A stretch of 64,000 bases of DNA from Lytechinus pictus (Eukaryota). Where the stretch lies: NCBI RefSeq assembly GCF_037042905.1, contig NC_087247.1, forward strand, positions 29,946,001-30,010,000. The letters are read 5' to 3'. Shown here piece by piece: positions 46,934 through 59,800 of the stretch; the first letter of the stretch is position 1; every line of letters begins with the position of its first letter. The position numbers and the translations under genes are program-made. The notes beneath the pieces were generated by a model. The model was not told the origin of the DNA. It worked only from the letters and a program-made list of their open reading frames with translations, and did no database searches.

Positions 46934-48939
46934 CTATAAACGTAACATAGATTTGTCAAATAAAGGCATCTACTAACATACCAGAGCACAGGATAAGATT
47001 AATATCTTTGAACGATTGAATGTTCAAATTTGTTTCTTGAACATTTCGTAATTTCTTTAAATTCATCTACGTAGATATTCATTGATGACTTAACGAAATT
47101 GTTTAAACTGCAAACGCTTGAATCAATAATTCATTCTACTTGCCTCCTTTGCCAGCACAGTCCTGAACATAAATGATCATAACCTTGATTCAATAATCCA
47201 GACTTAATTTGAAATGTTTTTTTTTTCTTACCTGGGAGGAAGTTTTGGACCACGATTCTTGTTCTTGTTTCTCCTTAAACAATACACAAACAATGCAATG
47301 ATGCAGATGAGAAGGATAACGGAGGCGACGCCCACGGCAATACCCAGTGTTCGAATTTCAGAGGAAGTCAAACCCGAACCTGTAAAATGAAGAAATTTAC
47401 ACGGAGTTTTGATTTTGAATTTAATTTAATTTATTTAGACAAGTATAAAATAATAATAATAATGATAATAATATAGGATTTGTATAGCGCACGTATCCAC
47501 CTTGCTAGGTGCTCAAGGCGCTTACCCCGGCTAAGCTAGTCTACCGATTCTGGTGCGCACAGCTTTTTGAGGAATTACTTCCTGCCGGTACCCATTTACC
47601 TCACCTGGGTCCGATGGGTCGAGTGCAGCACAGTGTGGATACATTTCTTGCTGAAGGAAAACACGCCATGGCTAGGATTCGAACCCACGATCCTCTGTTT
47701 GAAAGGCGAGAGTCAGAACCACTAGACCACGACGCGCCCACACGCGCAAAATAGCATGTCTCGGGGAGACAATTAGGTTAAATAACCCGTACAGGGTTGC
47801 TCCCCGGAAAAACCATACAAAAATGTATATAACATAGACATTAAAAATACATATATACATAATAAACATAAGTAAAACACATTATGATTAAACAGTAAAA
47901 GCATTGGATACTTGAGGAAAAACGAATCAAGTGATTTTGAAAGATGAGAAAGGGTGGGAATATTCAGCGATAGGCATGGTCACACGGTCACTTAAATTGA
48001 GTTACGTCCGCCGCGAATATATTATACGGAATAGTGGACGAAGCCATCCGCAGGGTCGTAAGTAGACGTATCTCTTCGTAACTGATCCGTAGTGAGACGG
48101 AGACGTGCGGCGCCAACCCTGCGAAATTTTGAACATCGCGTCCATTTTGCGTCCACCGCAAGTATTCGCAATTACCCGCAAATACTCGTATCCAAACACT
48201 AACGTCCGTTTGAAATTGAATTGCATTGAATTGTTTACAGACAGGTTCAGATGCACACCATTCCCCCCCAAAAAAAAAAAAAAAACTGCATACATTTTGA
48301 GTAAAATTATCTTTTACATTTTCCTTCTTTTGTGTAAATATTCATATATTTAATAAAAACATGGTGATGGGAAGGGATTCGCGGAGATCCGCGCGAATCC
48401 GAAGGAAAATTGACTTATTTTGCACGTAAAGGTGGACGCAGAGCACTGTGTGACGTGACTGAGCCTTAAACACGTTTTATTTTTCGCATTTTGTAAGCGT
48501 CATTAAATTGTTCGTTGTCAGCCCTTGGTTCCTCTTTCGCAGAGGGGGGGGGGGGGGGGGCGGTCCAGCGGGAAACAGAATACAAATCAATGTTCATCAT
48601 AGACCCTGGTAGCATCTTTCAAATGTATTTCTGTTTAATATTGCACATCATGCTGGCTAAGCGATCACATCTCAAGCTGATATGATAACGTAGATGATGG
48701 TCACAACTTGAATGTACCCAAAATTACTCGCAAGGTGTAAACGCATTATTATGAACATGATCATGAAAGTTATAAAAGGAGGTTAAATAACCAGATCCGG
48801 TGGATCTAGGAGATAGCAAATGCCAAAGTCCTGTGCTTACCCGACTTTTCCGTTGGCTGCGGACTCTCTATTGGAATATCAATCAACCGACCAGTCGTCA
48901 TCGGAGTCCTATTAAAAATTAACAATGAATAGAAAGAAG

Positions 48940-48982
<43 letters not shown>

Positions 48983-51082
48983 CTGTCATTATAGAATTGG
49001 AAAAGGGGTAAATTGTATTCATTCATTATATTTTTAGATGTGACTTTGTGGGAAGAAAATGTGGGAACTGCATGGTTTGAAGAGACAGGAAAACGAAAAC
49101 GTTGTAGAACCATCTTGCGAGGACTAGGTGGCAAATAGGATGACGATTTGATGGCATATTATCCCTGATAGAAAGAATATTCACATTGTGTTCAGGGTGT
49201 GGACTATGTGATAATGTCATTCACATTGTTAAAGTGTTGACCTATGGAGATAAAGTTCACACTGGACACCTCGACAGTGTGGGTGTTAGTGGACTACATT
49301 ATGGAAACGTGCTTAATGATGAAATTGAAAAAAAAGTGTGATAGTGATTCCCCTTTGTGTTCTATACTGTGAACTCCTGTGGTACTTTATTTTGTTCACG
49401 GAGGGATACGAAAGATCTTTTTTAAAATCTTGATATGATTAAAAGTGATCAAGAAGGTGCATAGAAGGGGTATCCTTACGTCATTGGAGGAGCTGGCGTA
49501 GGCGTTGGCGGTAAGGTTAAACCACACAGTGGGTTGCACTGTGGTGCGCAGAACTCGCTCAGCAACACGGAGCTATCAGGATGGCCAGAGTCCCAAGCGC
49601 GGAGAGCGTAGTGAGTACCGTTCGTCTCGTTCTTGAAGTAGATGAGGGGATTTATCCTCAAATGCTCGCAATTTCTCAGGTTGATACCGGTGTCCAGAGC
49701 TATTGCTGCTCTTTCTGGGTCGTTGGGACACGTTCCAAATCCTGCATAAACAATTATGTAAAAAAATGTACAGAAAATATCAAAAGTCAAAGCTCAAGTC
49801 TTGTTTCGATAGAGCATTGAGAGCGTCGATGTGTAACAACCTATTGTTTATTCTTTTCCATTTTCTATATATATATAGAACATACTAGTTATTAGCCTTA
49901 ATCCTGATTTAAAAGACCAGGATATACGGAGGGGGGGGGGTAACTTAACCCCCATCAAAACTCGGCCGCTGATTAAAATTTGCACGCGCGTAGAGCAGGA
50001 TGTAAAATCCAAGAATGTTTACATTTTCATGTAATTAATTGTGAAAATTAGAGTATGATATTTTTCCCTTTAACTCGCCTTAAATAACTAATAGATTGCT
50101 AATTTTAAGTGAAAATGTCAATTTGGAAATTTCTGACGAAAATCTACAAAAGATTTGGCAAGACGTAATTAATTTCTTATGTATTTTATTGTTCTGTGAA
50201 CTTCTTATGCATTTCTTAATAGTTTTTACCTTTTGTGTTTCAATCTTTTGCGATCATAAATAGCATAAAATAAATCCATTATACCAGCAAAAGTAATCAT
50301 ATATTAATTATTTTTGGTTAAAAAAACCCACAAAATTTGAATCGACACTGTTGACGAAATCATGTTTTTGAGCTATTTTGAGTCTGACGTGCACTTACGT
50401 ATGTTAGGTAATTTTGGAACCGTCACAAATTTGGTCTTAAAATATGGACAGGACTTGAAAGTAAAAAGTCGGCGAGCGGCGCGGTAAAAATATTTTGCGC
50501 GGCGGCGTAGTCACGAAATATTTCGATAGAGGGGGTCAATTTGCCCCCCCCCCAGTTAAATTAGGACTATATACTACAATAACCATAAGCGTAATCATCC
50601 CCATGCAGACCGAAAGAACTCAACCTGGTCCGAGATGCTTACATAGAATGTAACATTTTGATCACGTGGTCTTATATAACCAGCTCCTCTCCAAGCACAA
50701 AACCCCCAAAATATTGTATTTTGCAACCCCTTCCCAGTGAAAACACACCTTAAAAAAATAACTCTATCTCTATTCACATAATATATTTGTGGGAAAACTT
50801 CTTTATTCACAGTTTCACACGTTGTCTAATATACCATCATTTGACCATCCACGGAGATGAAAGAAGATAATAATATGTAGTACTGGCTTATAATCGCTAT
50901 TCGACAATCAAATATGATTTGCATTCCCTTATCAAACTCAAAACTATATACTTCATTAATGTAGGTATTGCGACTTACCGTGAAATTTCTTAAGTGGACA
51001 GGAATTGAATAAGATCGCTGTTGCGAAAGTGGAAATGTCGATTTGAGCCCCGGTACACTCACACCAACCAACGCAGGATACA
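44571..51082 (-). CDS. Uncharacterised type I single-pass membrane protein with Cys-rich ectodomain, P/T stalk and long Tyr-rich cytoplasmic tail (5' exon not located)
   Basis: Phase-compatible GT-AG exons (minus): 51082-50979, 49741-49480, 48908-48841, 47379-47232, 46416-46352, 45961-44571, about 680 codons without a stop. TM helix LGIAVGVASVILLICIIALFVYCL followed by RRNKNK. The last exon contains the 414-aa ORF of the track. The reading frame chosen for the first exon is less certain. Confidence 0.8.
47450..47740 (-). mobile_element. Full-length tRNA(Glu-like)-derived SINE with L2-type 3' tail
   Basis: A box TGGTCTAGTGG, B box GGTTCGAATCC, central GACCCAGGTGAGGTAAATGGGTACC, 3' end AAGCGCCTTGAGCAC...GCGCTATACAAAT plus (ATT)n. 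Confidence 0.88.
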
Positions 51083-51262
51083 CTGTTAAAAGATAATGTG
51101 AAGTTGAACACATATAATTTGAGAAATATTATCAAGAGGTTTTAAATGCAGATTTAAACTTAAACGGCTCCCTGATCTTTGATGTATCAGATATATATTT
51201 TTTTAAGGAAGCCAGAAAAACTCAGTGAGCGGACTTTTTTTCCCTCTGCATTGCACGTCATA

Positions 51263-51291
51263 TACTTCTACTACTTCTTCTACTACTACTA

Positions 51292-51327
<36 letters not shown>

Positions 51328-51425
51328 GTGGTGCCGCTGATGATGAGGTGGTGATGATGGTTATTATGATGATGATTTTGATAATAATAATAGTAATAAG
51401 ATGATGATGATAATAATAATAATAA
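51263..51425. repeat. Compound trinucleotide microsatellite (CTA/CTG/GAT/TAA)
   Basis: Seen directly. Other microsatellites: GAT/GGT at 33630-33755, (TA)n at 46870-46931 and 48942-48978. Confidence 0.9.
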
Positions 51426-51849
51426 GGTACCTGATAGAGAAGCCTTTTTCGTAACTAGCATAATAAACAAAATGAATATCTATTAACTATTTGTATTTGA
51501 ACCTAATAGTTACTATGTTTGTGAACTCTATGGGATGACTCACGTCTCTCGCTCTCACTGACATGATATAAAGCATTTATCAAGCAACACGCATAAGAAA
51601 TAAATCAACACAACAATTGGTGATTTGATATTGATTGTTCCCCTAATCGGCGCTATTAATATCATATTGATTCAACAGTCCCAGCTGGCCATTTTAATTG
51701 ATTCTATCATCTTGGGTCATTATGGGTGTTACACTCAGTGACAATGACCTCATATACGGTCGTTCACCCATGATGTTCTGCGCTTCATCGCTTGTAATGG
51801 GTGTGTATGAGGGTGGGTGGGTGGGTGAGGGTGCGTGTGTGTGTGCCAC

Positions 51850-52105
51850 TCTGTCTGTATGTGTGTATGGGAGGGTGCGCGTGAGGGTTTGTATATATTG
51901 TGTGAGAGACGAGAGGGATGAGAGAGGGGGAGAGGACGGGGTGGAGAGAGAGACACACAGACAGACTATAGTACATGTCTGTATGTGTGTATGGGAGGGT
52001 GCGCGTGAGGGTTTGTATATATTGTGTGAGAGACCAGAGGGATGAGAGAGAGAGAGAGGGGGAGAGGACATGGCGGAGAGAGAGACACACAGACAGACTA
52101 TAGTA
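51850..52105. repeat. Tandem duplication (~125 bp x2), GA/GT-rich
   Basis: GTCTGTATGTGTGTATGGGAGGGTGCGCGTGAGGGTTTGTATATATTGTGTGAGAGAC...CAGACTATAGTA occurs twice. Confidence 0.85.
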
Positions 52106-55100
52106 TATGTTTCATGACTGCCTGTTAACTCTGACATTGAATATAAAAGAATGATGTTAATAGTCACAAAATTACTACCAGCAAGTCGAAATGAAACATT
52201 ATCCAAAAAAAAAACCACCTGAACATCATAACATGAACCGTTCAGAGAAATCCCCTATATGCAATGAATTCTAGATATAAATAACTGCTTGTAGTTTCAT
52301 TCGCTTTTGTGAATTATCAGCATCATCTCCAGTGGAGGGAAATCATGATAATAGAGAAATATAAGGAACATACTCTGCCAACGACCCTCGATTCTGAGAA
52401 TTCAAGAGGCGAGTGAATGCAACAAAATAATGGATGAAAATGGAACACGTGCCAAAGCAATATCGACAATGAGAGACAATTCATTGGGAGAGAATGGAAA
52501 GGGGGGAGGCGGAGAGTGTGAGAGAGAGAGGGGGGGGGGGCGAAAAGAGAAAGAAGGGAAGTGAGTGGTAAATCCCCCCTCAAAAAAACGAACGAGAGGG
52601 TTGTAAAAACAAAATTCAACCATGACAGATGGTCAGATAATGGAAAAATAATATTGTTTTGATATAAACTTAGAGAGAGAGAGAGTTGATGGACGAGGCT
52701 TATGTACATTTTTAGGAAAGGGTTACAGAGATGAAAATATGGTTGAAAGCGAAGATAGAGAAAAAAAAAGGAAGATGCATGTTTTGAAACAGATGGATAA
52801 GAATATAGTTTGAGAGAGAAATATGTAAAGAGAGAGAGAAAAAACACAGACAGAGGGACAGATAGGGAGAGAGTGAGGGAGGGGGGAGTGGGGTGGGGAG
52901 ATTGTATAGATGGGTAAGTGTATGCGAGACCTGAGCTGCATGTGCTTCCCGACGAGTCCTCCACGTTTCCAGGAATTCTGACAATAGGCTCCTCCCGCTG
53001 TCTTGAATAATTTGAATTTGATTATACTTTCATCGTACGTTCAACTTGAAATCGATTTTCCCGCCCATCTACATAACAAGCTCTTATGATAAGGGAGACA
53101 GGAGAAGAGAGGTAATCGAATTGGTTTTAGACCAACATTACAATAAATTCGCAATAAAACAACAATTTATAGTTATCATCGTGCAAGCTGGAAATTAAAA
53201 CTTTAACAATAGATTTCATTAATCCTGTCAGAAATAGTAACAAAATGTAGGAAATGAAGAAATAATTGTGTTTTGACACAATATTGAAGATGAAAAATTC
53301 ACATGGAGCGTGCCTAGTTGCAGACGATTAATGTGCATGATGATGAGTCATACCTGACAAACAATAATTATTGGCGCGAAAAGCAGAAGTCATGCGGACA
53401 CAGATTCGATGATAGGGAAGATACAGTATGCAATTTGGCGTCATCGTCGTACAATCCGCGCCTATTTTTGCTCACCATGATTATTTAAAATGATTTCCCC
53501 ACTGTTAAAAAAAACCTTCACATCAGCAATTCGTTTCAGTGCTGGGAAAAACTCATTTGTATTTTTTATTCATTACATTAATCATTATTGTTTAAATGAA
53601 TGCAGAGAATGTGGAGATTCTGTATTAAAAAATATCCCTCTTTATTCATTTTTATTTTCCTGTTTATCTGAATTCCCCTATTTAACTACTTGAAAAATAT
53701 AGGTGCAATCACCCCCTGTTCCCTGTGCGCCGATCCTGGATGCATTTTATACCCCCACATCAGTTTACTAACCAACGCGGTTTCATCATGCCCATTAATA
53801 CTGCACTGCTCAACAAGTATCGAATACAATAGCCTTGAATATTCTATTAATCTAATATCACTGCCTCTCGCTATTCATGTTGCTATAACAGCATACCCTA
53901 TAGATAGTTTATCAAGGAAAATGTAAAGTCGTACACTTCATATTGTATCCAGCGTAGTGAATGTGGTTAAGTGCCTTAAAATGTATGCCACTTCGCGGCG
54001 CCATTATCCATCTACCCCTGATGTAGACACACTGAGTAATCTAATGAATACCACGGAAGCAAGGTGTGGACTTCCAATCACATTGATTAATAAGGATTAA
54101 ATCTCTAATGGGAAAAGCGTATTTAAATTCAACCCTGGAGAATTTGGATGACACATAATCATGTGTGAATAAGAATACAGCATCCCGTTGCCATGGATAC
54201 ACGTATTGGGATGAAGATTGATGATATGTGTCTCAGACGTGGTGACATTGGACCGTTGTGGGAATTTTGATAAAACTCATCAACGTCATCAAGTGTCCGT
54301 TCCGATGAGCTAAATACATACATTGCGTGATTATTATCCAGAAATAAAACGCATGGTTTCGGGCATGGCGCCACATGGGTGAGACCACTGAAATCACAAC
54401 AGAGGGGAAGGATACATTGAAAAGGAAAATGGAAGTAGAGGGAAGGAGATGGAAAGAAAAGGTGTTGAAATAACCTTCAGGAATTTCACGCCAGTCAAAT
54501 CACATCAGACCCACAACTAACCAGTGAGGTCATGCCTACAGGCATCTATGCAAATTATCTGACCACCACCCCCCCCCCTACACACATTCACATCTCGTGT
54601 TGTTATATAGGTCACACATCGTAGGGTTGAACTACATTTGCTATGTTTCTGTGTCACTTTAGAGGGGTCAAACCTTCTAATGGAAAAAAATCCTCAAGTG
54701 CTTGGACTTGACTATCTCCGGGCGTTGTTTTCCTTTTGTACCCCACACCAAATTTAGACAATTCAATAAACCAATCAAATATCAGCTTTCATCATGTACA
54801 TAGTTGATACTGTAAGAGGAAGGTTGAAAAAAACGGTTGAGGGGACAAACCATCGTCATTTTTCCCTAGTTAAAGATTATCTGACTAGTTACACACTGAC
54901 TGGTTACACGCTGGCTAGAATTGCTTCAATCACCAACCCACATTTTTAGTGTGTGTCTGTGTGTGTGGGTGTATGCAGTGATGATGGCGCCATCTTTAGC
55001 AGCGAGAGAGTGGGATAGCTCGAGGGGAAAATGCAAATAAAAATACACGAGAATGAAGAAAGAGATCGAGGTAGAGATATAGAAGGACATAGTGGGAGAG

Positions 55101-55704
55101 AGGGGGAGGGTACGGCAAGGGGGCCATGATGTTTAAAGCGGTATGAGACAAAATGTTGATAAGTGATTTTGAGAGACTTGGAAAAGTTTTTGTTTTTCGT
55201 TCGAGAATCCGAGATAAACTTAGCGCGACATTAATTTTTAATACCTCGCAATACAATGAACCGTTCAACAATGGCATGATTTAAAAAATCTGACAATTAT
55301 TTTCTTCCCATAATACCATACATATTTGATTGGGACATTCGTCGTACAGCGACTACCTAACATGGCCTAATCTCCAGAATTATTCTTGGAATACACCGAG
55401 GAATTCTAGTCCCATCAGAGAGCATAATGGAAAATTACAGTTTCTATGCAGATTATACATGAACCGATCAATTTATGACAAGGTTCATTTGCTACCCAAT
55501 GTACGAAACAGGTGATCAGAGTTATCTGAACTATGTGCATTCAAAGAGATCTGTGAATAAGGTAGTCGGACAAAAGTGCATCTATACATAAAATGTTTTT
55601 ATTTTGATTTTGAGTTTGCGAGGAAATTATATGCCGGGTGTAGGTTAGGATTTTTCTGTCAGGATCAGTTGTGGGATATTTCAATCATAGAGATATATAA
55701 TTTA

Positions 55705-55920
55705 ATTGACTTCATTTGACATCAATCACGATTATGAGAATGGACGTCGTTAGTTTCTGAAATGCATTTATTATTTTAAAAACCCTCTCCAACTTTCTGT
55801 TTCTATTCATTATCTAGTTGACTTCAATTGACATCAATCACGATATTATGAGAATGGACTTCGTTGGTTTCTGAGAGACATTTCTTAAAGTCCACTGCAA
55901 CTTTCTGTTTTTATCCATTC
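55705..55920. repeat. Tandem duplication (~112 bp x2)
   Basis: TTGACTTCA.TTGACATCAATCACGAT...TATGAGAATGGAC occurs at ~55706 and ~55818. Confidence 0.75.
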
Positions 55921-56706
55921 TACCCTTTGTAAACTGGAAACTATCGTATATCATATCTTTATAAGGGGTATTAATGTGTGTTTTTTTGTATTCCGAATGG
56001 TTGAATGTCCTTTCATGAATTTTCAGATGCAGTACCGTATAAGGGGAATAATAAAGAAAATAACATCTAGTAACAGCCCCATGTTACTTCCGGATTAAAT
56101 GAGCCAATATTCTTATACTTCTGTAGATGACGAACGGAATTGCAAGGGCTTGAGTATTTTTTTCTAGCCCCCACCTCCTTTCTTATTCAACTACATGTTT
56201 TACGTGTATTTTCCTCTTGTAAATCATATGGCTACACCAATGAACGTGTAACCATATGGCAACAATAAAAATAATGGAAGTGCCACTTGTTTCGACAGAA
56301 CCACGCTTTTCCTGTAGGTACAATATGGTCCTCGTAGCAGGAAGGAAAATTGAATTTTGGTCCCTGGCTGGTTCGTTTACATGTATAAGGCAACGAGTGG
56401 TGGGAAAACCGTAGAACCAAAATGATATAATGACCCGGTTATTAATAAAGTTTATATGGTTAGGTAAAATGTGTTACACTGATTCCTCATGATATTCGTT
56501 GACAGATTGTGGGCCTATTCATCAAGAGTACACAAACCCTCGACCAAGTGGTTATGTGACTACTGACAATCCAATTTCCCCTTTAAAAATGTGAAAATAC
56601 CCCATTTGTCATTACGTGTTCACGCCAAATTCTTTATAACTCAGATTCCTTGCTCATGTTCAACTCCGCATCCAAAAATGAAAACATATTATGAAAGGAA
56701 TGGCCA

Positions 56707-56853
56707 GGGGCCTGTTGCAGAAAGAGTTGCGTTTAAACGCAAGTCAAAATATCAAGCGCAATTCCCAAATACGGGTGCTTCGTTGGCTGAAAATCAAGTT
56801 GCGCAAGATTTTTTGAGTTGCGTTTGATCGCAACTCTTTCTGCAACAGGCCCC
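56707..56853. mobile_element. Short hairpin MITE with perfect 25-bp TIR
   Basis: GGGGCCTGTTGCAGAAAGAGTTGCG / CGCAACTCTTTCTGCAACAGGCCCC. The interior is also largely self-complementary. Confidence 0.8.
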
Positions 56854-59800
56854 ATGACATTTAATCCCTAATTATATGACTAATACGAGATAATGATCAA
56901 TATGAGATGAGACAACTACAACTCTATCAATCTAGCAATCACCATGTCATGACCCCACCACCTCCTACTCCTTTTCTAAAACGTTTCACAGTCGACCTTC
57001 CACGATCCGTTTCATTCTAGAGAACGACTTGCGTCACTTGCGCAACTTTCCTGAACGAAGGTACCCAAACCCCTTAGTGTTATTGGAGAGGCCATGGCAG
57101 CTTTTTTTTTAAACCGACACAATGGCCAATTTGGCGACATCCGACTGAAACAGTTTCTCATATACCCAATACAATGCAATGCCGGTGAACTTGATCTCGT
57201 GCGACAGTCTTGTGAAACGGTATACCCAGTCATGGTAGTCATCTGGAGAAAGCAGCAAGCCTGAATCCCATCAGCCCGACCCCTATTTCTTGGAACTTAT
57301 CGACGATACCTGCAGCCAGCAGATGCCCAACTGAGTGAATAATAACTGGCGGGAACCGCAATGTCGACATTCTCGTCCCAAGTTCATCCATCTTCTGCTC
57401 CGCCTTCGTGCTGCAGTCACATCGCCGAAACAGACTCTAAACCGATCGATGATACGTAATTGGGAATAACGTAACATATTTGACGTGTGAAGAATCTGTT
57501 CCGTCGGTGTGCCTAGCATGAACATTTTAATCGCTTTACCGCGGTTTCACACAAATCGTATTATGATAATGCTGTTATATGGATGTGTGTACCATGTGAT
57601 TTCCTCTTCCCTTTCCCACAGAACGCCAGCATATTTTTCTTGAAAGGAAAGGGCACCATTATTTTGAAGTGCAACATTTCACTTAAATTCTCACGTCTTG
57701 CTTGCACCGACAGTTCACGTTCCATGTGATGATCAAACAATACCGATTCTCGAAACACATTATAAAAAATTTACAAAGCAATATGGATGTGTGTATATTA
57801 AACTATGATTGAAATTCTGCGAATCTCACTCCCATAACACATTGGAGAGATTGGAGGAAATGATGATTATCAGGTTCAGGGACACTCAAGTCATAAGATG
57901 GTTATCATAAATGTCTGGTCGTGCATAAATGTAGTTCACGTCACAAAGACAATGTGTATTCATTATAAAGCAAAGGTCATTATACGAGGAGCTATAAAAG
58001 AATCGTCCCTTTTTCATGTTTCTCCCTAGCCGCGGCAGTAACAACCGCCTCAAAACAATCATGATAATCAATCAAATGCTTAACTATATACAGTTCGCAT
58101 TTGATATATTTGAAGAAATACTGCTCACATTTATTTAATATGAAGCCGCATCTTTCCTTATCAGCATTACATGATTGTATAAATGAATATTTTATCTACA
58201 CAGTGAAAACTCTTTCATTATAAATTGAAACGAAATGGAATGATCAAAACAGGAGAGCAGACAAACTTCAGCGACCGACTTATCCAAGACCTACATTTTT
58301 ACATAATAAGCGCACTTCTCTTACATTTTGAATGTTTCATCACTAATCTGTTTTATCATTACTATCATGATAATGCACTTTGCGACATAGCTAAACTTAG
58401 TGTGGGTACTATTTCCTCTCTTCCGCGTATGCCAGCGTGTAGTATTCACAGATGGGTGAATACAGGTTGCGACCTGTCAAGTCGAGTCGTCGTCATTTCT
58501 CATCGGTGGACTAATATGATAAGCAGATATAGTTCATTACCATCGGCATCATATGTCATGATCGAATCGATTTGATATTGGTCATTGTTGCATGATATTT
58601 TTTAGTGGATAATTGTCGCTTTCCTGACAGATTTCGTTGTCTTTCGTCATTTCAGTTGCATCAGTGTATCCCCATACAAACCGAAACTATGCCAAAACAA
58701 AAATGTCGGCATTTTATTAATTATTTCATTCACCCATCTGCTTTCCGCTTCGAATAATATGATTAAAATGCGTGACTATCGAATACTTTAAAACAATCAC
58801 CGATTGTTACAGATTTTGACTAATCATTAATCTACGAAGACATACGTTGGCGGTAGTCCAACCATTTCGTCTTCTTGCATTGCGTACGCTGTTACTCTGT
58901 GCGTTTGTCATCATCATAGTTGGTCAAAGTCAACGACCTGGATGAACGTTAGAGAATGATGTAAGTTCAAGGTCTTCCACGCAGCATCTGTGGTTTCTAG
59001 GAGACGAGACCGCCACTGTGGAGCCCCTTCGAGGGGTCGCTTCTCCCGAGACTCTGTTTCGTCGAGATTGTTTTCTTCATAGACGATTATAGAACACTAA
59101 TCATTCTTCTGAGATAATTGGTTATGACATTGTTCTCGGCCCAGTAACACAAAATGTTTGCGATGGATTGTAATATATGAATTCACCATTATGATTGGTT
59201 CCTGGTCGATGGGTTGAACATATTAAGCACATACTACAGTTATTCTGATTGGCCATTGTCATTTAGGGATCGATTGTAATCCTTTGTGAAAAGAGCACTG
59301 GCATGGCATCATCTCATGATTATTCCTTAAGTCCGAAAGAAAGTGGCACCAAGAGAGGCAGCCTCACGACTGATACAAAATGACGACATGAGGGTGGTGA
59401 CAACATCATCACAGGTCATTGGCCTCCCGTACATCATCTGCATTGCGGAATAATGGCTATACTCAGAGCAATGTCTGGCTCAAATCAGACTTCACGTCAG
59501 AAATTAGAAATAGAAATGGATGACTGATCCGGGTGACTGATAAAACAAGAGAAGTAAATACAACTGGATTCGTCATCCTACATGTTCCATAAGACAACAC
59601 GAGATGTCCATACAAAACATGTTTACATATCAATGATGATGCTATACTTTCCATGTCCAGAGATACGTTGGACTTGGCTCACTATGGCCATTGTCATCAT
59701 GATGATGGAGCTCCCCTCAAATAGGGCCATTATATCATGATCCGACAAAAACTGTGATATTAACAAAAATAGATTAAAATGATTTCACATCTAGAATTAT

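Noticed and set aside
47665-47740. Functional tRNA gene (also 20145-20216 and 13040-13116)
   Set aside because: A and B boxes are present, but there is no good acceptor stem or terminator and each continues into a SINE body.
51694-52984. Long ORFs of 174 and 213 aa and overlapping ORFs
   Set aside because: They derive from GA/GT low-complexity repeats and have no domain-like content or phase-compatible splice sites.
51427-53480. Candidate first exons for the membrane protein (donors near 51431, 51543, 53353)
   Set aside because: None gives an ATG-initiated signal peptide ending in the required phase 2, so the first exon is left unassigned.
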